64,000 nucleotides of DNA from Octopus bimaculoides (lineage: Eukaryota). Position numbers and translations under genes: made by a program. The first letter of the stretch is position 1; every line of letters begins with the position of its first letter. The stretch lies in contig NC_068994.1 of assembly GCF_001194135.2 (NCBI RefSeq), positions 58,081,651 through 58,145,650 of the forward strand. The letters run 5' to 3'. The notes under the pieces were generated by a model. That model searched no databases, was not told where the DNA came from, and saw only the letters and a list, made by a program, of their open reading frames with translations. Shown piece after piece: positions 12,610 to 25,660 of this stretch.

Positions 12610-13395
12610 AAACTGAGCAAGTATCAAGATCTTGAAATAGAAATTAACAAAATGTTAAACTTGAAGACTAAAACAATACCTGTTGTCATAGGTGCCCTAG
12701 GAATGATAGTAAAAGGGGCTGATTGCTACCTAGCTCAGATACCAGGATTATTTACAAAATTGGCAGATGTGAAAAAGAGAAAATGGGAAAATGTGGAAAT
12801 GGAAGTTTGAAGGAAAGAAGCTGCAGTCAGCAATTTTCAAGGACACGAAGAGGTGTTGAATGACAAGGAGGGGTGGTCGTGGCTGAAGAAAAGAATATTG
12901 AGTGAACGAGAGTGAAGGAACAGGCTTTAAAAGTACCATAGATCAAGGGAACAATAAGTCAACAAAACTCAGCCAAATGTCGAATGCGTGAGGATCCAGA
13001 GGAGTCCATGACTTGCATTGTATTGGAATGTCCAGAATTAGCTTCGACCGAACACAAAGCAGAAGTGTGAAAGACTGCAGCAACAGGACAATGGAATTTT
13101 TACAAGAAATCTGCAGCAAAGAGTTATAACCATTTTGTGAAAATAGAAATGCAAGCTATTGTAAATGGCAACAATGTTATTGTGAGACTTTTGTATACAA
13201 ACTGAAAGAAGGCTGGATATTGTTGCTAATGACAACGAAAAGAAATCAAGTTTTATAATCAACGTAGCTTGTTAATTCGAGTAAAAAAGAAAACAGCATT
13301 ATATTGACTTGAAGGATGAAAATTTCAAGCGCTAGAACAAAGATAACCAAGTTATAATAGATCTAATTATTAGGGGACCTTGAGAACAATAATAG
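12610..13395 (+). mobile_element. Decayed R4/Dong-like (RLE endonuclease) non-LTR retrotransposon fragments
   Basis: KLSKYQDLEIEINKMLNLKTKTIPVVIGALGMIVKGADCYLAQIPG (12610-12750), then a degenerate CCHC knuckle KCRMREDPEESMTCIVLECPELA and a PD-like RRLDIVANDNEKK segment. Confidence 0.75.
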
Positions 13396-14414
13396 AATAT
13401 CTGAGAAGAGACCTTTTCAACAATATCTATTGGCCAAAAACACACAGACACACACACACTTTGTGTGTATCAAAATTCACTCTCAAGGATGGTCAAACAC
13501 AATGGGAATGAACCAGGAATCAAATATTGCAAAGCAATTACTCTACACAGGGTTAATCCTGCAGCTATTTAAAAGAAGGTAAATGGAAGGTGGAGGCTGA
13601 CAGAGCCATCAGCCAGCCCTACCTCTCCTTTCTCTGTCTCTCTTTACCAACACCACCACCACCACCACCACCACATATCTTATATCTAGCTATAAAAGGC
13701 TGAAGATATTGATAATCCTTGTATACAAGTGTCAATAATAACAGTTCTCCCACTCCACTTCAGAAGATAATGATGGTGGTGGTGTCAGATGGGGGAGGTG
13801 TGACAGCAAGGAGTCTAAACTCTATAGAAATACTTGAACAATGAAATCCTGAAGCTTTTATTCACTAGGATTAAACCAAAATGATTAAATACCTGCTTTT
13901 AATAACAGGTAGCTATCAACTAAGCCAACAGGGGAGCCATGACCTTCTAGAAATAGCAACCAAATCTCCCTTAAATCACACCTTACTTTAAATTACTGTG
14001 TATTCCACTATTCCATCCAACTAATATTGTAGTCTTATGTCCAGTTTATAAATTAAGCATTGTTATTGCTATAAATAATAATAATAATAATAATAATAAT
14101 ATAAATGCCACAATGGAAGAGCTTCTGAATATAAGACAAAACAATGTGAAGATGTAGCGTAGACCAACAAGTGCACCGGTGGGAGAAGAAGAAACACAGC
14201 ACTTCACAATTGTGATGTAGTGATAATCATGCTTGCCACAACATCATATAAAAGCAACACAGCAAATTTATAAAGAAACCAGTGATACTTTGGATTGGGG
14301 GAGTGAAAACTTACCATAGCAACAACTAGCCAGGGTAGTGACAGAGGTAGATTATACTTATATACACACAAATATACATACGTTATATATATATATATAT
14401 ATATATAAATACAT

Positions 14415-14640
14415 AGAAGGTGGTGCTGAAAAAAAGTTCCTGGTTCTGGGTAATAGAAAATACTGGAGGATCGGTTAATTATGATTTTATTCAACATATT
14501 CCCCTCCCCGCAGATTCACACACTTATTGCAGTGGTTCTTCAGTTTTTCTAAGCCTTGTAAAAGAACTCGAAAGTTTGGGCCTCCAGCCAGGTCTTTCGC
14601 AATACCTGTAAAGCCAGGAATTTTTTAGCACCCCATCATA
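14415..14640. mobile_element. Mariner-type MITE, degenerate
   Basis: Inverted ends ggtgctgaaaaaaagttcctgg / ccaggaattttttagcacccc, embedded in (TA)n. Confidence 0.65.
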
Positions 14641-15176
14641 TATGTATACATACATACACATATACACACAAGAATATACACACACACACACACACACACA
14701 TATGAAACGTGTGTGTGAGTATATGCATGTATATAAATGCATATGTATAGAGGATTACACAGGGAAGAGAAAATGAAGACATAGCCGAAAGACATCATGC
14801 AAAATATTTATAGAGAGAAACCAGGGTTTAAAAGAAGCCAAACCTGGGGTTACGATCCATTAGGGCTTTGAGGGTGCATACGGTTAGTCAGCCACTGTTT
14901 TATTTATACAAACAGGTGTACACCTGCCAATACATGCATACATATACATGCGCACATATACATACTTGCATATAGATACGTATACATGCACATACAAATA
15001 CACACACACATAAATATATATATATATACAAACAAAGTTAAGCCTGTTTTGTTTTAGACTCATCAGGCATCAGCAAGCCTGCAACAGATGTGGACAATCC
15101 TTATTCCACAAATCTTCGCTCAAAAAGCCAAGCCAAGATAAACTAACACACACACACACATATATTGCGCGCGCGC

Positions 15177-15225
<49 letters not shown>

Positions 15226-15317
15226 CATACATGCATACATACATACACACATTGTATATATATCAACATACACAAACATATATGTGTGTATATATATATA
15301 TATATATAAATATATAT

Positions 15318-15365
<48 letters not shown>

Positions 15366-15737
15366 CCACAGTCGTCACAAAATTCACACCTAAATGTAAT
15401 ACATACGAAGACACAAATGCACAAATATATTTACATAGAAACAAATAAGCATAAATACAAATACATGCAAATAATTGTGTATATGTGTGCATGTGTATGA
15501 ATGGCAACACAACTGTATACACTCATATAATTATGTAGGTATGAAAATGCATATATATCACTAGAGGAAACACACACAGAAAACGCGATTCATTCTTTGG
15601 ATAAAGCAAAAATTAAACAGTATCGACAAATATTGAGCACTGTACAATATGCAGCAGGGGTTGGAACATGCACATGCAGTAGCATATTGATGCAGAAGTG
15701 ATGTGCATACATGCATGCTGTACGTCAGGTGATATAC

Positions 15738-16754
15738 CTTATCGTGTAATTTTTCTTCGATGACATCCTTCTCTTTCAGCAGTTGTTCCAGCTCGTTGAC
15801 ATTTCGCAACAAACCCTGAGCCTTGGTCTTCCACTCAGCCTCTCGTTGGCTGATCTTAGCCAACTGCTCCTTCAGTAAGTTCTCGCTGCACTCTAACTCG
15901 CCGACAGTGTCTTCGGCATGCTTCAGCTTGGTCTTCAGTAACATCTCAGATTGCTCTGTCGTGTGGACTTTATCACGGAGGTTCTCGCAGACCTCTTCCA
16001 GCTGATGTAACTTCTCTATGGCCACGTCCACATTGACCACTTCGCCACTGGCTAGCGTAACATCCCCTGAAGTCAGCCTTTCTTTGAGGGCAGCATTCTC
16101 TTCTTTGATCTCTTCCATCTCCTGCAGCATCATCTCGACATGACTCAGAATTCCCTGCTCGCTGAGGATCTGTTTTATACTCTCCAGACACTCGCTCTGT
16201 TGTTCCAGTAACTGCAGGTTCTCATCTTCCTCTTCTGCATCATCATCGTTATCATTATCAAGCAATGAGTTGTCAATATCTAAAGAAGAGGTCAGATCAT
16301 CCCCATCACCACCACCTCTGCCATCATTGCTGTTGCTGTTGTTGTTGTTGTTGTTTCCAGCAGCAAGTTCTGCGATCGTCTCATCAATAATGGCTGACTC
16401 AATCTCTTTCCAGCTATCTTCCACCAGGTTCTGTTTCTTTTCTTCGTCAGCACCAGCAGCTTCATCTTCTGCCACTGCTGTTTCAGAGGGAGCTTCCAAC
16501 TTGGAGCAGGAATCTTGTACAAAGTCAACTTCACTGGAACCTTTTACATCACCATCATCATCCTTATTATATTTAACCTGTGACAAACTCGATGTTACTT
16601 TGTCATCATCCACTTCAGTATCACCAACTGAAAGATGTTTTGTGCCTAATGTCTCACTGCTTTCAGCAATATCATTAGGCCCCATGTCCTGAGAGCTGAA
16701 AACACTTTCACTCACTTGATCTTCGATGTTTACTTCCTCTCCATCTTTAGGTTC
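15738..16754 (-). CDS. 1,017-nt exon: acidic disordered segment followed by coiled coil (EPKDGEE...EEKLHDK, 339 aa)
   Basis: Acceptor ttttgttgcag, donor gtatat, phase 0. It lies within ORF 15561-16763. Confidence 0.9.
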
Positions 16755-18252
16755 CTGCAACAAAATTATAATTAAACATTATTCTTAATTCATTTATCAC
16801 TTTCTGTCTCACTCGTTATTACTTTATCGATTCTTAATTACTCCCATCCCTCCCCTCTCTCCAGCAGTTTCCTTTGTAACTTACTCTGACCCCAAGTTTT
16901 TTAGCCACCCTCGCCTCACCTTCCTCTCTACCCATTTCTTTACCACACTAATGTCAAGCCACATTACTATTTTAAAAAAGAGCCAACAAGCAATGTAGTC
17001 CAAGGTACACTATGACTTATAGAACGTACTTTGATCGTAGCTGATCTGGGTTAAACATCACCAAGTTTGCTTTCTTTAATCCTCAAAGTTACCCATTTTC
17101 TCCACATTAATTTACCCATAATCTATCCTACATATAATTAATTTCAAGTAATTAACTTTAAATTTCTTGTAATTATTTTCCTTTTTCTTTGGGACTTGCT
17201 ATCAGTCACCACAGGATATTTTTTTGATATCATTCAGTACAACTTCTTTTAACTTATCTAAATTTATGTCAATGAGCCACTTGAATTATTTCCTCTTAGC
17301 TCATTTTATGTTTTTAATTATTACTGGCAGAAAATCAACTGTAACATTTTCTATATTAAAAAAATCTGTTAACTAATTAAAACTGACTCAAATAGATTGT
17401 ACTTATGCTGATGAGCTCTAGTAAGATAGAAAGATGTTCATTACTTGTTTCCCTTGCCTGTAAACAAAGATAAAAATCTTCCTCCAAAGATAAATTAATT
17501 GAGGGGTTCATTTTGAATTCCTTAAAATTATCTTCATTGAGACTCACTAATAATTATTAAGTCTTTCGTTTTCTTTTTCCAACAGAATGGTAAATTCCAG
17601 TTAAGAATCCATAGCATATATCATCCCTAAACTTAATTAATTATCTTCTTCCTTTGTCTCCCTACCACACACCAATAGTCCTATATCTATCCTGAAATAC
17701 TAATATATACACTAGATCAGAGGGAAAATATTTAATCTATAAATGACAATAATTATAATTTTCACACTTAAAAACAAATGAACAAAAAAAGAACCAAATA
17801 TACAAAAAAGAAAAAGTTAACAATATTTTCAAGTTTTCTATAAAAGTCTAAGAGCATAAAATTGAAGATTGAACTGATCTGAACATAACGCAGAATTGGT
17901 TTGGTAATTTATAATTCTGAGTTTTTTTTTTGTTGTTGTCAAAAGGTTGAATTCACCACAATGTATACATGTCATGTATATGTATGTGTGTGTACATTGA
18001 AATTTTTTTGACACTATGACATTCACTGAAGACTAGGCCTTAGGATAATCCCATCACACAATCTTTGCAAATAATATGTTAATCACCCCCGACCCCAGTC
18101 CTTTATTTTAATCTGTAAATAGGTTTTAGCCGGAATAAAAAGACGACGAAATAAATGTTCTTGTTTTCCCTTAATGCTGGCAAATATAAGAAAGAACAAT
18201 TATAAGAAAGAAATGTGAAGGATCCTGATTGAATATTTGGTAAAGTTCTCAC

Positions 18253-18378
18253 CTTGTCCAGTTTTAAGTTGGAATAAGACTTTTGTGAAAGTTGTTCTTC
18301 TAATTGAACTTTGTCCTGCTGCAAACCGATTATTTTACCTTGGAGTTCAATAGCAATTTTCTCCAATTCTTCAATCCG
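18253..18378 (-). CDS. Coiled-coil exon (RIEELEKIAIELQGKIIGLQQDKVQLEEQLSQKSYSNLKLDK)
   Basis: Acceptor ctgtctccag, donor gtgaga, 126 nt, phase 0, clear heptads. Confidence 0.88.
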
Positions 18379-19162
18379 CTGGAGACAGAGTGAAAAACAG
18401 AGAAAGATGATGAATAAATGGTAAAAAAAATATATAGATACAACAAGGGGAAAAATCGAAATCTTTAAGGATGGTAGAGAGAGAGAGAGAGAATGTTATT
18501 TAAGAGAAAAATCAAGAAAATTCTATAAAGATCTTATTTTCTTAAGGTGGAAAGTTTAAGCAAATGACTTATTTTTATCAACTGGTTGTTAATGTAAAAA
18601 ACTGGAAGAAATTCCATTAGGCATTTTGACCAAAGTTTTAATGAATCTACCATTCCCACCACCCTTGATTAATATTAATTAGAATCGTTTCACTGATGAT
18701 TTCTTACAAGGCCACATTTATAGAAGGGGTGGGTGGGGGTATAGCTAAGTAATAAGTAGTGCTTTGAGTGAAATTTATTTCATTGACCTACATATGTATA
18801 CCCAGGTCAAATTCAGTTGCTTTACTTTTTATTTTTTGCTTGTTTCAATCATTGGACTGCGGTCATGCTGGGGCACTGCTTTGAACAATATTTAGTCAAA
18901 TGAATTGATTCCAGTATCTAAAACGGCCCAGTTGCTAAAATGGCCCTGGCTACAAGGCCTCAAATTCCAATGCCAAGTACTTAAGGAGTCATTCAACTAA
19001 ATATTTAACTCGTACTTAATTTAAAGACCCCTTAAGGACAACGGGGAGACATATCTATTTACTTTGAATAATTACTCCAAAAACATGCAAATATCAAAAT
19101 TTAAAAGAACTGTCCCCTTCCACGAATAGGGAATTCTTGAAAAACCAAAATGTGAAACCAAC

Positions 19163-19453
19163 CTGTTTGGATTCTTGAAGCTTTTTACCATCCTTAGTTT
19201 CTGTTGGATGTCCTGCCCCTGTCTTAATCTCTGTGGGTTTTGGAGGGAAATCCATGACCGGTCGTTCAGTGAGTTCAATGATCTGCTTCCTCAAGCTGTT
19301 CACTTCCTCCCTTAACAACTGCTCCTCTTCCCCACTCTCACTGGAAACAATGCTGGCTGGCTCACCATCTCCTCCTCTTCGCTCCTCCCTAAATAATGAC
19401 CTCTTCACTCCAGCAGACTTTTTACCACTTTCTTCATCACAATTCAGTTGATG
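19163..19453 (-). CDS. First exon of the large inserted block (HQLNCDEESGKK...LLREEVNSLRKQIIELTE...KLQESKQ, 97 aa)
   Basis: Acceptor ccattttcag, donor CAG|gttggt, 291 nt, phase 0. It lies within ORF 19094-19513. Confidence 0.82.
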
Positions 19454-20435
19454 CTGAAAATGGAATACAGAAAAATAATTAACCATACAACTATAATTAA
19501 CAAAAATAAACATACAAATTAACTACGAATAATTATTATCAAATGATTCCTTTTGCATCAAAACCAGCCTTATTCGGCCAAAATATTCTGCCTGTTTTAT
19601 GTTCAAATTAAGTACCAGTTACGAACTGGGGTCACCTCCCCCAAAAATTTTGGGCCTTGTGCCTAGAGTAGACAAAAAAAGATTACAAAGTCTGGAATCA
19701 GACACTTGTGTATTTTTAGAGTTTGGAATCAATGTTGGTTGTTCAGAGAGAATACACTTTGGTCAATGTATAACATAAAATAAATAAATAAATATATATA
19801 AATAACACAATGGTTTGTTACAATGACACCAGAACATAGATTAAGAGAGGGGTGGTGTATGTGATGGAATCAATCATTCTCCACCACAGTATATTAAAAG
19901 GTAATTATTTTATTCCATAGATCTCACCACAAGTAAAAAATGGAAAAAAAAAAAAAGAGAAAAACAGAAATATAAAGTAAGAAATCAATCTGAGTGAGAT
20001 TTGAACTAATGTAAGTAAATGTCACAAACCAGTTTGTCCACCTCACTAATGAATCTGCCAACCTTTGCTGCTGCTGCTGCTACTTGTAGTAACAACAACA
20101 ACAACAAAAAAATAATTTTCTTATGGTCTCTGGTTCCATTCTGCTGTGTGGTATCTTAGACAAGTGTCTTTTACTATAGCCCTGGGTCAACCGATGCTTT
20201 GTTAGTGGATTTGGAAGATGGAAACTGGAAGAAGCCTCATGTATACATATGTGCGTGTGTGTATGTATATAAGCATACACATTCCTATGGCCTTTGGAAG
20301 GGAATCCAGCTGTAGAAGCCGTGACAAAACAGACAACGGAACCTGGCAGGGCTTCTGGTCATGCCAGTTCCTGTTAAACCATCCAACCCATGCCAGCATG
20401 GAAAACAAACGTTAAATAATGATGAGATGATGATG

Positions 20436-20472
<37 letters not shown>

Positions 20473-20792
20473 AGCACTCCATCTGTTATGATGACAAGGG
20501 TTCCAATTGATTCATTGATCAACAGAACAGCTTGCTCGTGAAATTAACGTACAAGTGGCTGAGCACTCCACAGACGTGTGTACCCTTAACGTAGTTCTCA
20601 GGGATATTCAGCGTGACACAGAGTGTGACAAGGCTGGCCCTTTGAAATAAAGGGACCACTCATTTTTGACAGCTGAGTGTACTGGAGCAACGGGAAATAA
20701 AGTGTCTTGTTCAATGACACAATGGGTCACCAGGAAGTGAACTCACAACCTTACGATTGTGAGCCGAATGCCCTAACCACTCAGCCACGCAC
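20473..20792 (-). mobile_element. tRNA-derived SINE (family E), near full length
   Basis: The minus-strand head ggtgcgtggctgagtggttagggcattcggctcacaatcgtaaggttgtgagttc has Pol III A/B-box-like motifs. The tail abuts (AT)n. Confidence 0.7.
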
Positions 20793-21591
20793 CTCCACCT
20801 GCATGTATGTATGTAGCCATGTTTTGACATCACACGATGGCAGTAAATGAGCCTCATTGTCATACAAGTGAGGTTGTTTGTTTAGGGGAAATATTACTTA
20901 GGGTTGGTGACAGGAAAAGTATCCAGCTATAGAAAAATCAACAAATTCAACCTCATCCATGCAAGTATAGAAGTTAAATGATGACATCATCATCATCTTC
21001 ATAATACATTTGTTTCTTTTTTTTTGCAATGGTCGGGGTTGGATAGGTGTCTCACCTCATCATCTGACAATAAAAAGACTGACAACTTCTGTTGTGTGTG
21101 ACATTTGTATGGTTGCGTGTATGCAATGCATGCGTTGCATGTGCGGTTGTGTTTGCATGGAGATGCATGCATACACGTCAGTTGGTGCATGGAGGTTTTA
21201 AGGTTAAACGTTATGTTTGTGAAACAGAACACTTTGAGATAGAAAAGCAGAACTGTTGTAAGTGGTAACATGTTTAGACATTAACCTAGGGAGACACAGT
21301 TCAATTCCCAGCCACAGCAGATGCAAAGACGCATACAACAAAGATTTCGTCTTCACACGTCTTAAATTCATACATTATTTTAGATGTTTTGGTGCGTATC
21401 AGTACACACACACACACACACACACAGCTGGGCATATATACACACATCGATACACACACAATTTGTACACCCACATGCACATACACCTGTGAACACACAC
21501 ACACACATATAGAGAATCTATGCTTATACATGCAGCATGTTGCGGTTGATCTGAATAAACAAAAAATGCTTTCATTAAATGTGTAAAATCT

Positions 21592-21660
<69 letters not shown>

Positions 21661-21717
21661 TATTGCAACCATCAGTGGATCTGCAACAACTTTGCAACAT
21701 ACACAAAGACAAGAAAA

Positions 21718-21750
<33 letters not shown>

Positions 21751-22917
21751 AACATTTGTACACCAGCAACACCAACAAAGGTGCATTCATAGCAGCTGCA
21801 GCAGAATTGTGCATTAGGTAATGGCAAGATGCACTGCAATTGTCTAAATGGCATGTTTGCATTTCTGTGCAGCTTTGCTTCCACTTAAAAATGTGCGGCG
21901 TACATTGGTGGTGGAGGCGGCGGTGGGGTGTGGTACAGCAGCAGTATAAACTGTAGCTGTGGAGGTTGTAGCACATGTGGTGACAGCAGTGGCAGTTGTC
22001 GGGGTTGTAGTACATTCATTTGATGGTAGTGCCATGTATTGTAGCACAAGTGGTAACAGCAGCTTACATGTTGGGATAATTAGTCTTTTTGAAGGCTAAT
22101 TATAATTATTAATAGAGTTTGGAAGGGGGAATGTCCTGAGCAAGGATTGAAACTGGGTCACTAATAACAAAACAATTTTAAGTGTGTACTGCGGGAGCTA
22201 ATAACAATAACAACAATGAATACAAGCAGACAGCATCCCATTGCACGTCCTGCTAGAAATAGCAGCCAAATTCGCCTCAAAATCAAACCTTACTGTCTTA
22301 GAAAAAAATGGCAATAGAATGATCATAAGAACACTGTCTTGGAAAAAGCCAGAATAGCCATGGGTGGAATATATGTATAAAAGCACACACACACACACAC
22401 GTTTATGTATTATAATCTTTGGCATTCAGATTCCTGTCAAATGTGAAGCTAATTTATTCACAATGGTTTTCAATTAAGCCTCTTGTAGCAGCTAGATTTT
22501 GGTGGGATTGTTTATTTTTAGAATGACATTGTAGGGTAGGTGTGAGAGGCTGGATCTAGTCGGTTTAAACATAAAACAAGGAGAATATTTGGGTTGCATA
22601 TTGCTGAGAAATATGTGTATATAAACGCGGATGTATGGTAAGAAGGCTGCTTCCCAATCACATGGTTCTAGGCTCAGTCCCACCGAGTGGCATCTTCGGC
22701 AAGTGTCTTCTATAGCACCAGGTCAACCGAAGGCTTGTGAGTGAATTTGGAAGAAACTGAAAGAAGCCCATCGTTATATTCCATTCCATAACAGCTACCT
22801 CTGATGAGCACAGGGTTATATAATTGGACTGTTACCTAACACTCTGTCGAATCCCTGCCATGAAACCGATTAGTAAGATTGGCCGTAATGGATAAATAAT
22901 ACTCTACACTTCGATTA

Positions 22918-22957
<40 letters not shown>

Positions 22958-23067
22958 GGAGAGAGAGAGANNNNNNNNNNAGAGAGAGAGAGAAAGAGAG
23001 AGAGAGAAAGAGAGAACTATAAATATCAATTTAAATATGTGGAGCAACAGGCTGTGTACCAAACCAC

Positions 23068-23149
23068 CTGGATCGAGGTGTGACTGAACTTGGTTCCCTG
23101 GCGAAACACCGCAGCTTCATGGTTCATGCGCTACAAACAATCCTGATAT
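23068..23149 (-). CDS. Candidate alternative exon with an internal ATG (CDS 23127-23068, MNHEAAVFRQGTKFSHTSIQ)
   Basis: Strong acceptor tttttattttcctag, an in-frame stop before the ATG, donor CAG|gtggtt, phase 0. Confidence 0.42.
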
Positions 23150-23936
23150 CTAGGAAAATAAAAATCCGCAAGGCCGTCTTAAAATTTAAATAGATGTGCT
23201 ACGACGAAAAGAACAGACATCCATTGTTTTGTTTTTTAAAAGAAAAAACATTCCCCCCTACCAAACCTTGCCACTGGGTAATTGGTTGGTCAAAATAAGC
23301 TTTTAAACTCCCCCCAAAAGAAGAGAAAACGCGCATCCACGATAATAATGGACTTTCCAGTTGGGAACGATACACGGGTGCCCAGTTGGAACCACCTACT
23401 CGTTGAATTAGAAAGTGGTTGAGTACTCCTTAGATATGTTTGCCCCTAATGTATTTCACACAAAGAATCAGCTTGACAGTGTGACAAGGCTTTGGTGCTG
23501 ACCCGGTCAAAGACGTCTTAGAAGGCATGGAGAGGGAATGAACCAGCGATCTAAGGATCGCGAAACGAAAACACACTCACATACATATGCACACATATGT
23601 ACATACATATATATGTATATACGTGTACATAGAGTTGTACACGTATATAGGCACACACACATGGTCACACACGTTCGACACACACAAACACTTAAACACA
23701 CGTGTCAAGTGATCACCACCGATACCACCACCACCTCCACTGCCATGGTAGTTGTACCAATAAACGTTTTAAAAGACTTACAAGACGGAAGCAGGGAGCG
23801 AAACCATTCGATTGCAGCGACTTCAATATTCCGTTGAACGATAGTGTAATTGTGTGACTGCTCGCATTACCATGTGTGTGTGTATGTATGTGTGTGAGAG
23901 AGAGAGAGACAGAGCAATTGTTAGCAGCCGGGATCT

Positions 23937-24005
<69 letters not shown>

Positions 24006-25537
24006 CAGATGGGGAGTAGAGAATGAGCCAGTCTCTCAATATAGAGCGGAATGGAATGTGTATATCGTATGTGGAGTGGAATGTGTGTATGTGTAAATGT
24101 GTGTGCGTGTGCGTGCATGCGTCAGTTCAGCGGCTCCTACTAGGATAAAAATGTGTTAGTGTAATAATGCTGTGTGTGTGCGTGTGTACGTACACACACA
24201 CACACGCGAACGGGTGCATATGCCTTGTATAAGAAAAGTGGGAGACGTTGACAGCGAGATTTGGCAAGCGGTGGTGTTTGTTATGACGATGATGAAGTTG
24301 ACGGTGAGAGAGGACAGTATGTGACAGTGCTCGAGGAAATAGGGTAGCTTAATAGGGATTAGTAGAATATGAAGGGAAGGGAAAGGTGGTGAGGGGAAGT
24401 GGCAAATACATGGCAGAGAAGGAGAAGGTGAGAGACAGGCAAAGCAAGGAGGAAGGTAGAGAAGGGGAGGGAGGGAGAGACGCGGATAAAACTAGATTTT
24501 TAAGGTAAAGGGGTAACAGTGATGGAAGTGAGTGCAGAGGTACTAAGGGGACTGGAGAGACGGTTTATGGTGCATGTGATGTAAGGCAGTGAAGCTTGTG
24601 GCTGTGGGGTGAGAAGTTTGCTTCCAAACTACTTTGGTTATGGGTTCTGTCCCACTGAACGGCACCTTGGGCAAATGTTCTCTACTTATAACTTGGAACT
24701 GACCGAAGCCTTGTCAGCAGATTTAGTAGAGGGAAACTGAAAGAAGTCCATTCTATCTATCTGTGTGTGTGTGTGTGTGTGTTTGCATCTGTGTTTGTCC
24801 CTTATAACTGCTTGGCAACTGGTGTTGATGTGTTTACATCCTTGCAACTTAGTTCAGCAAAAAGAGAGACAGACAGAATAAGGACCAGGCTTAAAAAATA
24901 AAAGAACTGACAGGTGGTGTGACCCAGCATGGCCGCAGTCTAATGACTGAAGCAGGTAAAAAAGAAAAGACCCTTAGCGAGAAGAAGGACTGCCTGGAGT
25001 GTGTGAGGGGTGACTGTGAAGGCTGAAGAATCATGGAAGATGAAGAGACTATGTGTGTTATCAAATTAAACAGAGATGATCCCTTCACAAGCCAGTAAGG
25101 GATAAAGTACATTATCATTTCATTCATATAGTAAAATAACGAACTTATTGTATACAGTGCCCAGGTGCCCTACAACTCATCAGAAAAAGTTAGCCAAACG
25201 TGCATGGACAGTAGATAGAATATTAGTGAAGGGGTCGTTAGAAAACAAAGGTAAGGGGCCCACAGCAGGTGTACTGTTGGTGAATTTCAGGAAGCATGGA
25301 AATTTTGAAGGATGTAGTGTCTCGACAGCCAACAACTGATGAAGGTGGTTTATTCCATGCTTTAGCAATTCTGAGCATGAAAGAATTGTTTCCAAAAGTC
25401 ATGGGGGCTATGTTGTTCATAGCAGAACACAAGGCAAAGAATAGGACCTGATTCACAAAAAATCCCTCACAAAAAACCTCCCAAACAAATATTTCTATTT
25501 TTCCTAAAGTATTGAAAACAATTGACGAACTTCTTAC

Positions 25538-25660
25538 CGTTTTTGTCTGATGATCCGAGCATTCAGAATTTTCCTCTTCATTGCCATAATCGTCAACCTC
25601 TGACTCTTCAAGTTTGTTACTAACATATTCTAGTATAAACGTATTAAATTGGCTAAACAT
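25538..25660 (-). CDS. Candidate alternative start exon (MFSQFNTFILEYVSNKLEESEVDDYGNEEENSECSDHQTKT)
   Basis: gctgccATG Kozak-like context, 41 codons, strong donor ACG|gtaaga, phase 0 compatible with the exon at 19453. Confidence 0.5.

Noticed and set aside
20735-20792. tRNA-like sequence
   Set aside because: It is the head of a SINE that continues into a body and tail, not a stand-alone tRNA gene.
21056-21063. 8-nt microexon-like site (ttattgtcag|atgatgag|gtgaga)
   Set aside because: The splice signals are good, but it needs a phase-1 upstream partner that I could not find. Alone it frameshifts the next exon.
21844-22047. Thr-rich mucin-like ORF
   Set aside because: Low-complexity (ACN)-type sequence with no splice sites or start context.
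25238-25537. Continuation of ORF 25238-25660 as a piggyBac-like transposase
   Set aside because: No convincing DDD motifs or TIRs. It is better explained as read-through past the donor at 25538.
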